This document shows, in pieces, positions 1-10,648 of a stretch of 64,000 bases of DNA (positions within the stretch are counted from its first letter, which is position 1; each line of letters opens with the position of its first letter). A program made the position numbers and the translations under genes. The stretch covers positions 80,765,072 to 80,829,071 of the forward strand of contig NC_052154.1 of assembly GCF_902713615.1 (NCBI RefSeq). The letters run 5' to 3'. The notes under the pieces were generated by a model, which was not told the origin of the DNA, did no database searches, and saw only the letters and a program-made list of their open reading frames with translations. Source of the stretch: Scyliorhinus canicula (Eukaryota).

Positions 1-1052
1 AAACTGCGCCGCTCCCTCAACAGCCCCTCCTCTGGTGTCTCCGCATATCTCCTGTCCACTTCTATAAGTTCCCCCACCAGTCTCTCCCTCTCCTGCCTCT
101 CCTTCCTTTCTCTGTGTGCCCTTATGGAGATCAGCTCTCCTCTGATCACTGCTTTCAGGGCCTCCCAGACTACCCCCACCTTCACCTCGCCCGTGTCGTT
201 CGTGCCCAGATATCTCTCAATGCCCTTCCGGACCCTTCCGCACACCTCATCGTCCGCCAGCAGCCCCACATCCAGGCGCCACAACGGGCGCTGGTCCCGT
301 GCTTCCCCCAGTTCTACCTCTACCCAGTGTGGTGCATGGTCCGAAATCGCAATGGCCGAGTACTCCGTGTCCTGCACTCTCGAAATCAGCCCCCTGCTCA
401 GTACAAAAAAGTCTATTCTGGAGTACACCCTGTGGACGTGGGAGAAAAAAGAATACTCCCTCGCCCTTGGCCTGCCAAATCTCCAAGGGTCTACCCCCCC
501 CATCTGCTCCATGAACCCCCTTAGCACCTCTGCCGCTGCCGGCCTCCTATTCGTCCTGGAACTCGATCTGTCCAGCCCAGGGTCGAGCACTGTATTGAAG
601 TCCCCCCCCATGATCAGGCCCCCTGCCTCCAGACCCGGAATGAGGCCCAACAGACGCCTCATAAAACCCGCGTCATCCCAATTCGGGGCATACACATTCA
701 CCAGCACCACATTCTCTCCCTGCAGCCTATCCTTCACCATCACGTACCTACCCTCCTTATCTGCTACCACCTGCGCCGCCACGAACGACACCCTCTTTCC
801 CACCAAAATCGCCACCCCCCGGTTCTTTGCGTCCAAGCCTGAGTGGAACACCTGTCCCACCCACCCCCTTCTCAGGCGTACCTGGTCTACTACTCTCAAG
901 TGAGTCTCCTGCAACATTGCCACATCCGCCTGCAGTCCCTTTAGGTGTGAAAAAACCCTTGATCTCTTGACCGGCCCATTCAGCCCCCTCACGTTCCAAG
1001 TAATCAACCGGGTCGCGGAGCGACCCGTCCCTTTCCCCTGTCTATTAGCCAT
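1..1052 (-). CDS. L1 ORF2 N-terminus (APE endonuclease), partial; absent from the ORF track because it runs off the window
   Basis: Manual translation: MANRQGKGTGRSATRLITWNVRGLNGPVKR...DVAMLQETH...LVNVYAPN...GGDFNTVLD...YSRIDFF...SDHAPH. No stop found down to base 1. Confidence 0.92.
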   Translation of the reverse strand, partial: MANRQGKGTGRSATRLITWNVRGLNGPVKRSRVFSHLKGLQADVAMLQETHLRVVDQVRLRRGWVGQVFHSGLDAKNRGVAILVGKRVSFVAAQVVADKEGRYVMVKDRLQGENVVLVNVYAPNWDDAGFMRRLLGLIPGLEAGGLIMGGDFNTVLDPGLDRSSSRTNRRPAAAEVLRGFMEQMGGVDPWRFGRPRAREYSFFSHVHRVYSRIDFFVLSRGLISRVQDTEYSAIAISDHAPHWVEVELGEARDQRPLWRLDVGLLADDEVCGRVRKGIERYLGTNDTGEVKVGVVWEALKAVIRGELISIRAHRERKERQERERLVGELIEVDRRYAETPEEGLLRERRS

Positions 1053-1998
1053 GTCCTGTCCCCTGTTCGCCCCGGGCCGACCCTCCCCTTCTGACCCGTT
1101 CCCCATGGCGATGGCCCCCCCCCCCTCTCTCCTCCCGTTCTTCCCTTCCCGTCCTCGGCCTTTCCAGCAGCAACCCGGTATCCCCCCCTAACCCCCCTTC
1201 CCCCCACCCCCCCCCTGGCTAGGACCCCTCCTAGCCGCGGTGTATCCACCATCGTACTCCCGAGAGTCAGCTGGTTTTCGCTGACCCGGCTGCCCCTGCC
1301 ACACTCCGACTCCTCCCGATGTGGGCGGGGAGGGGCCTCCCCCCCCCCCCTTGCCATCCCTCTCTGACCCCGCTTCAGCGCGGGAAAAGCCGCCATTGCT
1401 GGCCACACCCCACTCTTCTCTCCTCCCCCTTCCTCCGTCCCGCACGCGGGAAACAGGGGAAAGCCCGCGCTTTCGCCCGGCCACACCCTACCCCGCCATC
1501 TTCAATTCCACCCCCGTCCCCATCCAAGCCCCTAAAAAAGCCCCCTTAAAACGAGAGGAAGAAAAAAGAGAAAAAGAAAACACGCATAACCAACTTGCAC
1601 CCCCCCCGTCCCGCCTCCCCAACTTAACAATATAACAATATAAATAACAAATCTCAAATAAATACATAAATACATAACTATGCCTGCATAACTAAATAAC
1701 TACCCAATAATAACGTATTTAACCATCACCCTCCATCGAACAGAACAGTAACCATAACCCTTAAAGAACAGACCAAAAAACAGTAAAAAAGCCCCCCCTA
1801 CAACAACAATAATTAAGGGAAGTTGGCAACGGGAAGAGACACACACAAAGGAACAAAGAAACCCCCCATAACACAAGTTTCAAAGAAACCAAACGATCCA
1901 TCAACTTTAACCAAGTTCCGACCTGGCCTAAGAAAGACATGGGCCACTTGATCAGTCAAGGGTACTCGGGCGGCCTCGACCGCCGGCGTTCCCAAGTT

Positions 1999-2955
1999 CT
2001 AGTTCAGGTCCAGCTTTTCCTCCCGAACAAAAGTCCATGCCTCCTCTGGGGTCTCAAAGTAATGGTGCTGGTCCTTGTAGGTGACCCACAAGCGCGCTGG
2101 CTGCAGCATTCCGAACTTGATCCTCTTTGCGTGCAGCACCGCCTTCGTCCGGTTAAACCGGGCCCGCCGCTTTGCCACCTCCGCACTCCAGTCCTGATAT
2201 ATCCGCACCGTCGAATTCTCCCATTTGCTGCTTTTCTCCCTCTTGGCCCACCTCAGCACTTTCTCCCGATCACAGAAACGCTGGAATCGCACCAGCACCG
2301 CCCTCGGGGGCTCGTTCGCCCTAGGCCGCCTAGCCATGACCCGATATGCTTCTTCCAGCTCCAGGGGCGATGGACCGGCCCCCTCTCCCATCAGGGAGCT
2401 CAGCATCTCCGCTACATATTTCGGGAGATCAGGCCCCTCCAGGCCTTCTGCTAGGCCCAGGATCCTCAAGTTCTTCCGCCTCATTCGAGTGTCCAGCTCC
2501 TCAAAGCGGCTCTGCCATTTCAGGTGGAGTGCCTCGTGCCCCTCCACCTTTCCCACGAGGACCGTGGCCTCCTCCTCCCTTGCAGTCATCTCCTGCTGCA
2601 GCTCTCTTATCGACGCCTCTTGGGTCGCCTGGGCCCCCATCAGCCTTGTGGTCGTCGCGTTCATAGACTCTAAGAGTTCCACTTTCAGCTCCGTAAAACA
2701 CCGGAGGAGAGCGGCCTGCTGCTCCTCCGCCCATTTTCTCCAATCTTCTAGTGCGCCACCGGCCGCCATTTTGGTCCTCTTCCCCCGCTTTTTTCGGGGA
2801 GCTGCTGCCGCTTTTTTTGTCGCCCCACTCCGAGTACCGACCATAAAGTTGGTCTCACTCTCCTCAGGGAGCCTTCCCCCACCGGGATTCGTCTTTACAG
2901 TACCGTCGGGGCCCTCCAATCGGCCCTTAAACACCTTTGTCGCAGGAGCTGCCAA
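1999..2955 (-). CDS. L1 ORF1p (coiled coil plus RRM/CTD, transposase_22-like)
   Basis: 318-aa ORF with a heptad-rich region then RRKNLRILGLAEG, PRAVLVRF, VRIYQDWS and FGMLQPARLWVTY, typical of vertebrate L1 ORF1. Confidence 0.9.
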   Translation of the reverse strand: MAAPATKVFKGRLEGPDGTVKTNPGGGRLPEESETNFMVGTRSGATKKAAAAPRKKRGKRTKMAAGGALEDWRKWAEEQQAALLRCFTELKVELLESMNATTTRLMGAQATQEASIRELQQEMTAREEEATVLVGKVEGHEALHLKWQSRFEELDTRMRRKNLRILGLAEGLEGPDLPKYVAEMLSSLMGEGAGPSPLELEEAYRVMARRPRANEPPRAVLVRFQRFCDREKVLRWAKREKSSKWENSTVRIYQDWSAEVAKRRARFNRTKAVLHAKRIKFGMLQPARLWVTYKDQHHYFETPEEAWTFVREEKLDLN

Positions 2956-3029
2956 ATGTGCGACTTAGCTGGTCATAGCCGCAACCGGAAGTCCGGGTTC
3001 ATTGTTAACTACATCCTTCTACTACCCCT

Positions 3030-3330
3030 TAGAATCATAGAATCCCTACCGTGCAGAAGGAGGCCATTCAATCATCAGGTCTGCACCGACCGTCCGAAGA
3101 AGCACCCGACCTGCCCTCCCCCCCCCCCCCCCCCCCCCCCAACTCCATCTAGCCTTTGGACACTAAGGGGCAATTTAGCGTGGCCAATCCGCCTAACCTG
3201 CACATCTTTGGACTATGATAGGAAACCGGAGCGCCCAGCGGAAACCCACGCAGACACAGGGAGAAAGTGTAAACTCCACACAGTTACCCAAGGTCGGAAT
3301 CCAACCCGGGTCCCTGGCGCTGTGAGGCAA
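3030..3330 (-). mobile_element. HE1-like elasmobranch tRNA-derived SINE with CR1-type 3' tail
   Basis: Family core (ggcaatttagcgtggccaatccgcctaacctgcacatctttggac...ggaaaccggagcgcccagcggaaacccacgcagacac) recurs at least six times in the window. A B-box-like gggttggattcc is on the minus strand. Confidence 0.8.
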
Positions 3331-3823
3331 CCTTGTCCCGAACTTCACCTGGTCATTGTGCACCACTGAAAGGAGGAATGCAAATGACCATATGCGCTTT
3401 ACTCGGCCGCTGCCCAAAATTTTGTTTTCTCTTTGTGATAATTTGATCCTATGCCATTCGGGAGATTCCTATACCTCTATTTGCATTGTTTGTGAAGATC
3501 GGCACCCCACTGCCGTTTAATCTACACCCTCTTGCATTTAGAGATCTCTCCTGCAGCAACAGAGTGATCAGCTTCTCTGCCCATACGAAGTGCATAAGGC
3601 CCATCAATGCAGAATTGTGAGGCCTGAAGCATGTGTTTAGTGTGTTGCATTGAGTGTCAATAATAGGTCACGGTGCGCTGGTGGGACTCTGCTCTGTCTT
3701 GATGAACAAAACTGCTTCTTCTTGAGTCAACATTCACGGGCTGTCCAAATCTTGTTCATGCCATGGTGACCATGTTATATATGCAGGTCTGCCACCTTGT
3801 CATCATGCATGTCACGTGCCTTG

Positions 3824-4030
3824 CTTGCCAACCCTCACGATGACACTGAAGTGCTTCTGGCACCGCACTCATGTTTGTGTTATGATCCTGCAACAGCTCG
3901 CTTTGTCAGCCACTTCCAGCCGGGCCTTATTTGAGAAGCACGCTGGGTTGCTCCTTCCGCCCTCCAGAAATAGCCCCTTTCTCTCCTCCCACACTGCCTT
4001 GCAGAAACATCTCTTAGGGAATCATCCCCG
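3824..4030 (-). pseudogene. Degenerate Myb/SANT-like ORF remnant, probably from a PIF/Harbinger transposon
   Basis: Manual translation KAVWEERKGLFLEGGRSNPACFSNKARLEVADKASCCRIITQT*VRCQKHFSVIVRVGK resembles the Myb_DNA-bind_5/MSANTD pattern (AWxEVAxxV...RTxxQCRKxFxDL). It has a stop and upstream frameshifts. Confidence 0.5.
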
Positions 4031-4194
4031 GCTACATATTCTAGCCATCCCTCTACACTTTACCTTCTGCAGATTTCCTTGGGTGCGACCAGCACTGTAT
4101 TAAGCCCGCACATTGACATTTAAAAATGGCGCCATGAATATTGTTGCTTGCAGAAAACTCCGCCCATTATACATTACAGTATTAGTATTTTGAG

Positions 4195-4400
4195 GGGAGG
4201 CAGTGGCTGGACTAATAAACCAGAGACCCAGGAGAACATGGGTTCAAATTGAAAGCTGGTCTCAGTAATGGTGACCATGTCATATATCATCGAATGTTGT
4301 AAAAACCCATGTGGGTCACTAATGTAATTTAGGGAAGTAAAGGGAGTGCACGTGACTCCAAACCCATCGCAATCTGGCTGATTCTTCGGTGCCCTCAGTA
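4195..4400 (+). mobile_element. Deu/SacSINE1-like SINE fragment
   Basis: Motifs gggttcaaat, gtgaccatg, aaaaacccatgtgggtcactaatg and gtgactcca match the inverted copies at about 46.4 kb and 48.3 kb. Confidence 0.5.
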
Positions 4401-4404
4401 GGAC

Positions 4405-4905
4405 CATAAGACATAGGAGCAGAATTAGGCCACTCGGCCCATCGAGTCTGTTCTGCCATTCAATCATGGCTGATACATTTCTCATCCCCATTATCCTGCC
4501 TTGTCCCCATAACCCCTGATCCCCTCATTGATCAAAAACCTATCTATCTCTGTTTTAAAGACACTCAGTGATTTGACCTCCACAGCCTTCTGCGGCAAAG
4601 AGTTCCACAGATTCACCACCCACTGGCTGAAGAAATTCCTCCTCATCTCTGTTTTAAAGGATTGTCCCTTTAGTCTGAGATTGTGTCCTCTGCTTCTAGT
4701 TTTTCCTACAAGTGGAAACATTCTCTCCAAGTCCACTCTATCCAGGTCATGCAGTATCCTGTAAGTTTCAATAAGATCCACCCTCACCCTTTTAAACTCC
4801 AACAAGTACAGACCCAAAGTCCTCCACCGTTCCTCATACGACAAGTTCTTCATTCCAGTGATCATTTTTGTGAACCTCCTCGGGACCCTTTCCAAGGCCA
4901 GCACG
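4405..4905 (-). mobile_element. CR1 LINE 3' fragment (ORF2 C-terminus plus 3' UTR)
   Basis: ORF 4491-4904: LERVPRRFTKMI...SYEER...GHNLRL...RRNFFSQWVVNLWNSLP, the CR1 ORF2 C-terminal signature. Confidence 0.9.
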
Positions 4906-6982
4906 TAGGAGAGTCATATTCGGCTGCAACCTGTTTCCCTCTCCACAGCTGCTGTCTGACCTGCTGAATTTTCCAGCAATTTATATTTTTATTGCACGTT
5001 TCCAGCATCCGCAGCATGTGATTTTAATTGAAATGGCAGAAGTATATCCGGGATCGTTTAAATAAATAATTTCGTGTACAGGTGGGATGTTGTTTCGGAT
5101 CAGGTAAACGAAAGTGAACAATCAGGGAAGAAATTCTAACGATTTCTATTCTTTTTTGTTAATATACAGTCCACGTAATGGACAACTCAGGAAAACGAAC
5201 TTCTTTCTATTGCCTCTGAACATTAACTGGGGGTTCCTCAGGCCATTAACTTTGTACCCGAGGACGGATCGAATAAGGATAAAGTAAACGATGACCGTAT
5301 GCACAGAACAAGACAATTGTCACCACAGATATGTATTCAATTGCTATTTTGTTCAGGATAAGCCTCATTACAAGTTCACCTTCATGATTGTTCAAGTCGC
5401 ATCTTGTGTTCCTGCCGTATACTGTCTTCTGCATCGCAGTTACCGTGTTTGGACTAGAGATCCTGCAATGAAAAGGACTAGCTCGAATTACTGGAAATCT
5501 TATTGCGATCTCAAAATTAATTAATTGTTGAAAAATAAAGCAGATTCTTACATGTTCAGCAAAACCTGTGAATCTATTTGAAAAACAAAATAGTGGTACT
5601 GTCCAAAAGAAAACCTCACACAACGTTCGCTATTTATTGGACTAGCCTTGAGAAATCGATACTGTCAGGTATCTCAGGTGTTAACCCAGGGCGCTACGAT
5701 TCGACTGCTTTTCAAATTGCGCAGGTGTCTGTAAACCAAAGTAAATACATTATAGAAAAAAAGACCGGCTTTAACAAAACATGTATACTGTGCTGATATA
5801 AAAATACAAATGATAGTTATTTTCTTAAACAAAGCTTATCTTTCACGAGCATTAGATCAATGGTTGTTATTTTTATGGTTGCGAATTGCAAAGTGAACAA
5901 GCGAACTTGCACAATACTTTATCTCATTCAACTTGTTGCAGTGTCGGGGCGATTGTTTTACGGTCTGTTCAATTTAATTAGATACTTGAGTTATTTCTGT
6001 TCAGTAAAACGTATCCCAAAATAATGCCTATGTAATTAACCTTCTCTCCGTAAACAAAATAGGTTCATTTGGATTGGTCTGCCGGGTTGCGAGCATGAAC
6101 TTTACGAAGAGCGACATTGTGTTACCCGCAGAATACGAACCTGCCGCTATCTGAGCGAGGAGTTTTAATAGATATGGTAGCGTTGTGGTTTATATTGTAA
6201 GCAGCTTTCAAAGCAGCTTGAGATGGGGAAATTAGGTTAAATATAAACCCCATTAATTAGAGAGCATGCACTTACATTGCTGTGCAAAACAAAAAGTTTC
6301 AGTTAATTCTAATAATATGACTGACGGTGTGCAAACTCGGAATAGCAGCTTACTTTCTCACTCATTCTTCTTTCTCTGCAAAGTGAACTTTAACTGACAC
6401 CACTGCAGCACCATTGATCGAAATGACCATTCTTCATGCGACGATCCCAATGCGGATTCGGAGGCAGGATTCGGAGGCAGGGCTAGTTCTTAGAAAGACT
6501 TTGACATACCTTGTAGCAGAAGCTACGAGTGTATAGTAGATAGAGGTGAGAAAATAAACGTGAGCCCTGCCTCCTGGATAATCCTACTCTCCGGGCGGAG
6601 GATCCAAATATTTCCGAAATTGGTTCAGGGAATTCGCATAGCTGCTCATCTATCTGAATGTTCCTTCCATATGTTGACAATCACTGTGTGAAGATAACTC
6701 TTCCGGATATTAGTTTTAAAATATCTTGTACTCGTTTGCACTCGTCTCAAATTGCGCTACAGTCACCGTTGAACCACCAGTATTATTACGTTTATCATAC
6801 AGTTGAATACATAAAGCCTCATTTCGGTTGACTGCTCGAGATGTGTGTCAGACGTTGGCGCAATTATATAATTAATAAAGCTTAATTTATCAAATCATAC
6901 TGAACATTAGCTTAGTGATGAAACTTCTCAATTGGTATGTACTGTTGGGATAATTCGTGAATTTTTGTTAAGAAGTCTTAGA

Positions 6983-7262
6983 AGTCATAGAATCCCTACA
7001 GTGCAGATGGAGGCCATTCGGCTCATCGAGTCTGCACCGACCCTCTTAAAGAGTTCCAACCCCCCATCCTATCCTCCTCAGCCTACCTAACCTTTGGACA
7101 CTAAGGGGCAATTTTATCATGGCCAATCCATCCAGCCTGCACATTTTTGGGCTGTGGGAGGAAACTGGAGAACCCGGAGGAAACCCACACAGACACGAGG
7201 AGAATGTGCAAACACCACCCAAGGCCGGAATTGAACCCGCGTCCCTGGTGCTGTGAGGTAGC
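6983..7262 (-). mobile_element. HE1-like SINE
   Basis: Same core and tail as 3030-3330. Confidence 0.8.
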
Positions 7263-7721
7263 CTTGCCTCGTTTAAAGTGGGCATTTAGCTTTAAGAGCA
7301 AAAATACCTGAAGTAATGGTGAGGAAGGTGGTCAAAGCTACAGGTGTTCCAGGATTTCCTGTCAAAAAGATATACTTTGTAGTTCGTGTTTAGAAGGGAC
7401 ACAAGGGTTGGGAAGCTGATTGATTCAAAGAAGGTGGGGAAGCTAGTTCCTATTGGTTAAGAGTTGCAAATGTTTGGTTCCAAGTTGTTAGTTGTGTTGA
7501 CACATGGGGCTATGTATTGCAATACGATACGTAAAAAGGGCATAGAAAGAGGAGTGTATCACTTCATACTTCACACCACTCCACACTTGCCATGGGATAA
7601 CATTCATCTAACGACCCTTCTGAGGGCGGGGACAATGCATTTGTCGGGAGAATCAAAGTTAGAAGTAAGGCAATACTGTACCAGGAAAATAAAAGCACAT
7701 TACTGCGGATTCTGTAATATG

Positions 7722-7835
7722 AGACAAAAACAGAAAATGCTGGACAATCTCAGCAGGTCTGTCAGCATTTGTGGAGGGAAAAAGGAGCAAACGTTTCGAA
7801 TCTGGATGACTTTGTCAAAGAGTACCAGGAACGTT
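7722..7835 (+). repeat. Short Penelope-associated repeat remnant
   Basis: caaaaacagaaaatgctggacaatctcagcaggtctgtcagcatttgtggagg. Related remnants occur inverted at about 4920-5010 and direct at about 62035-62116. Confidence 0.4.
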
Positions 7836-9396
7836 GATCCAAATGACCAAATTTCATGAGACAATCCCAATGCTGATCGAAGGTAGAACTGGAGACAGAA
7901 ATAATTTTTGGAGTCTTTGACATGCACTCATACATTGGAGCAGGGAGTTAGCAATTGCATAGCAATTACCCAGTTAATGGGTAATTGACATAGACTGACG
8001 GATTGCCATAAAACCCAAGTGACTAAAGTAATTGTCACAGATTTATGGTTGACATAATCATTGTCGGGATCAGTTAAGTACAGTTTTAGACATTTTGGGA
8101 AAGCTGGTTTTTGTTCGAAAGAGGGAGAGAGAGAGAGACTCAGCAGCAGGCAGCGGTTAAACGTGTCATTAGAGTGAATTAGATGATTCAGCAGTTAAGG
8201 TTGACTTGGAAACTAGGATAGGAATGTTAGAGCTGCGATTTAAAAAAAATATATGTCAAAGATAAGTCGACTAAGTTAAATATCAATGGGTGTCGTTAGT
8301 CGAGATCAGTTTCAAGGAACCAAGAAGACCCCCGCGTCCCAGGATCCACAACAGGACAGTCTGACACATGTTGAACTGATGTATCATGCCACGCCTCTGT
8401 CAATGGAATGTAAGTATCAGTATTTGTTGAATGAACCTTTTTAGTTTGCATTCTAAATCAGTGATTGCCTTTTTTAAAATAATGTTATTCCTCGACAAGA
8501 ATTTTCTTACTCTGACGTTTAGTATGGAGCCAATATCGCAACATGTGGATAATGTGTCAAACTTAGTTGATGACTATTCTCCCCAGTGCAGAGAACTTAG
8601 TTTAATTGTGCTAATAATCTCATTGCTCTCTCGAAAATCTCATTGAGTAAAATAAGCCAAGCCGATACAATACCCTAAGACCATAAGAAAAAGTAGCAGA
8701 GCAGATCATTTGGTCCATCGAGCTTTCCACCATTCAGTTGGATCAGGAGTTCTCAACCTTTTTTAACCCATGGACCCCTTTTCCTCTTAATTTTTTTTGT
8801 GGACCCCCATAGCCATTCCACAGAAAAAAAAGCTTCTTATATGCGTGGTAAACTAATCCTAAAGTCCATCTACCTTACCGTGAGGGTTGGAAACGGATTA
8901 GCGGTATTTTCGTACGTTGCCAAACTTATTCTAATATGAAAAGTAATGAAAAAAACATTTACTGACTAAATTGAATTAAATTACTCTAAAAATAACCAAT
9001 TCATATCAAATATACACAGTTGCTAGTGATTACTGTGTTAAATCATTCATTTTTTTTATATAAATGTTTTTTTATTGAGTTTTCATATTTTATATATGAC
9101 AAATTACAAGTTATTAGAGAGAGAGAAAAAAAAAAGGAAAACACAAAAATTTAACATGAATATTTACAGGTAAGCATCTTCATAACAATAATTGTGGCCG
9201 CCCCCTTTAGCCAGCATACATATTTTACATTCCCCAATATGGCCGAGGCACATGTTTATAGGCATTTATTTATAGTTTGGTTTTGGGCCTTGGCTTGCCA
9301 TCAAACCCCCATACCGAGCCCGTAGCCCCCCCCCCCCTCCCCCCGGCTACCTTCCCCCGATTCCCGCCCATTTTCCCCTGGTTCTTGGCCACCCGA

Positions 9397-10509
9397 CTAT
9401 TCTTCCTCATGTACGTTGGCCACAAACAGGTCCCGGAACAGTTGCATGAATGGCTCCCACGTTCTGTGGAAGCCGTCGTCCGACCCTTGGATGGCGAATT
9501 TGATTTTCTCCATTTGGAGAGATTCCGAGAGGTCGGACAGCCAGTCTGCAGCTCTGGGTGGTGCTGCTGACCGCCAGCCAAACAGGATTCTACGGCGGGC
9601 AATCAGGGAGGCAAAGGCAAGGGCGTCCGCCCTCCTCCCCAGGAATAGATCTGGCTGGTCTGAAACGCCGAAGACCGCCACTATCGGGCATGGCTCCACC
9701 CTCACCCCCACCACTTTGGACATAGCCTCGAAGAAGGCTGTCCAGTACTCCACAAGTCTGGGGCAAGACCAGAACATGTGGGCGTGGTTTGCCGGGCCTC
9801 TCTGGCACCGCTCACATTTGTCCTCCACCTCCGGGAAGAACCTACTCATACGGTTTCTCGTTAAGTGGGCTCTCTGTACAACTTTTAGTTGCGTCAGGCT
9901 GAGCCTTGCGCACGTGGAGGTGGAGTTGACCCTATGCAGTGCTTCGCTCCAGAGTCCCCACCCTATCTCCATCCCCAGGTCGTCCTCCCATTTCCTTCTT
10001 GTTGCGTCCAGTACGGTGTCGTCCCTGTCTACCAGTCGGTCATACATGTCACTACAGTTCCCTTTCTCTAGGATACTTGCGTCCAGTAGGTCTTCCAATA
10101 ATGTCTGTCGTGGCGGTTGTGGGTACGTCCTTGTCTCCTTTCGTAGGAAGTTTTTGAGCTGCAGGTACCGTAGCTCGTTCCCCCCAGCTAGCTGAAATTT
10201 CTCTGTCAGTTCATCCAGTGTTGCGATCCTGTCGTCCGTGTATAGGTCCCTGACTGTCAGTGTCCCCCCGTCCTGCCTCCACCTTTTGAAGGTGGCGTCG
10301 GTCAGTGCTGGTTTGAACCTATGGTTGTTGCAGATGGGAGCCTTGTCCGACATTTTGTACAGGCCAAATTGCTGCCGCAGTTGGTTCCAGGATTGGAGGG
10401 TGGCTGTCACCACTGGGCTGGTGGAGTGTTTTTTGGGTGGGGATGGGAGTGCTGCCGTGGCGAGGGCCCGGAGGGAGGTTCCCACGCAGGAGGCCTCCTC
10501 CGCATGCAC
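9397..10509 (-). CDS. L1 ORF2 C-terminal region with zinc knuckle (fragment)
   Basis: 370-aa ORF with CERCQRGPANHAHMFWSCP and IARRRILFGW. Confidence 0.85.
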   Translation of the reverse strand: MHAEEASCVGTSLRALATAALPSPPKKHSTSPVVTATLQSWNQLRQQFGLYKMSDKAPICNNHRFKPALTDATFKRWRQDGGTLTVRDLYTDDRIATLDELTEKFQLAGGNELRYLQLKNFLRKETRTYPQPPRQTLLEDLLDASILEKGNCSDMYDRLVDRDDTVLDATRRKWEDDLGMEIGWGLWSEALHRVNSTSTCARLSLTQLKVVQRAHLTRNRMSRFFPEVEDKCERCQRGPANHAHMFWSCPRLVEYWTAFFEAMSKVVGVRVEPCPIVAVFGVSDQPDLFLGRRADALAFASLIARRRILFGWRSAAPPRAADWLSDLSESLQMEKIKFAIQGSDDGFHRTWEPFMQLFRDLFVANVHEEE

Positions 10510-10648
10510 CCACTCGGCTTCTGGCTCCTGGATCCATCCCCTTACTCGCTCGGCTGTTGCCGCCCAGTGGTAGAATTGTAGATTCGGGAGGGCTAGCCCC
10601 CCCCTGGATTTTGTTTTTTGTATGACCTTCTTTGGGATCCTAGCATTT

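Larger units (their letters stand above)
1..2993 (-). mobile_element. Young L1-clade (L1/Tx1-like) LINE, 5' end to mid-ORF2; continues beyond the left edge
   Basis: Intact ORF1 (1999-2955), ~950-bp inter-ORF spacer and an open ORF2 from 1052 to the window edge. The 5' terminus GACTTCCGGT at 2993-2984 is shared with other L1 copies here. Confidence 0.95.

Noticed and set aside
124-903. 259-aa + strand ORF and other long Ser/Pro-rich ORFs (2225-2968, 9416-10195, 11238-11759)
   Set aside because: These are antisense shadows of L1 ORF1/ORF2 on the opposite strand.
5578-5796. Possible leader exon ending TCAG|gtatct, like the cassette leaders
   Set aside because: The peptide lacks a hydrophobic core and no V exon follows.
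6680-6690. CACAGTG heptamer on the minus strand
   Set aside because: There is no nonamer at 12- or 23-bp spacing and no adjacent V, D or J segment.
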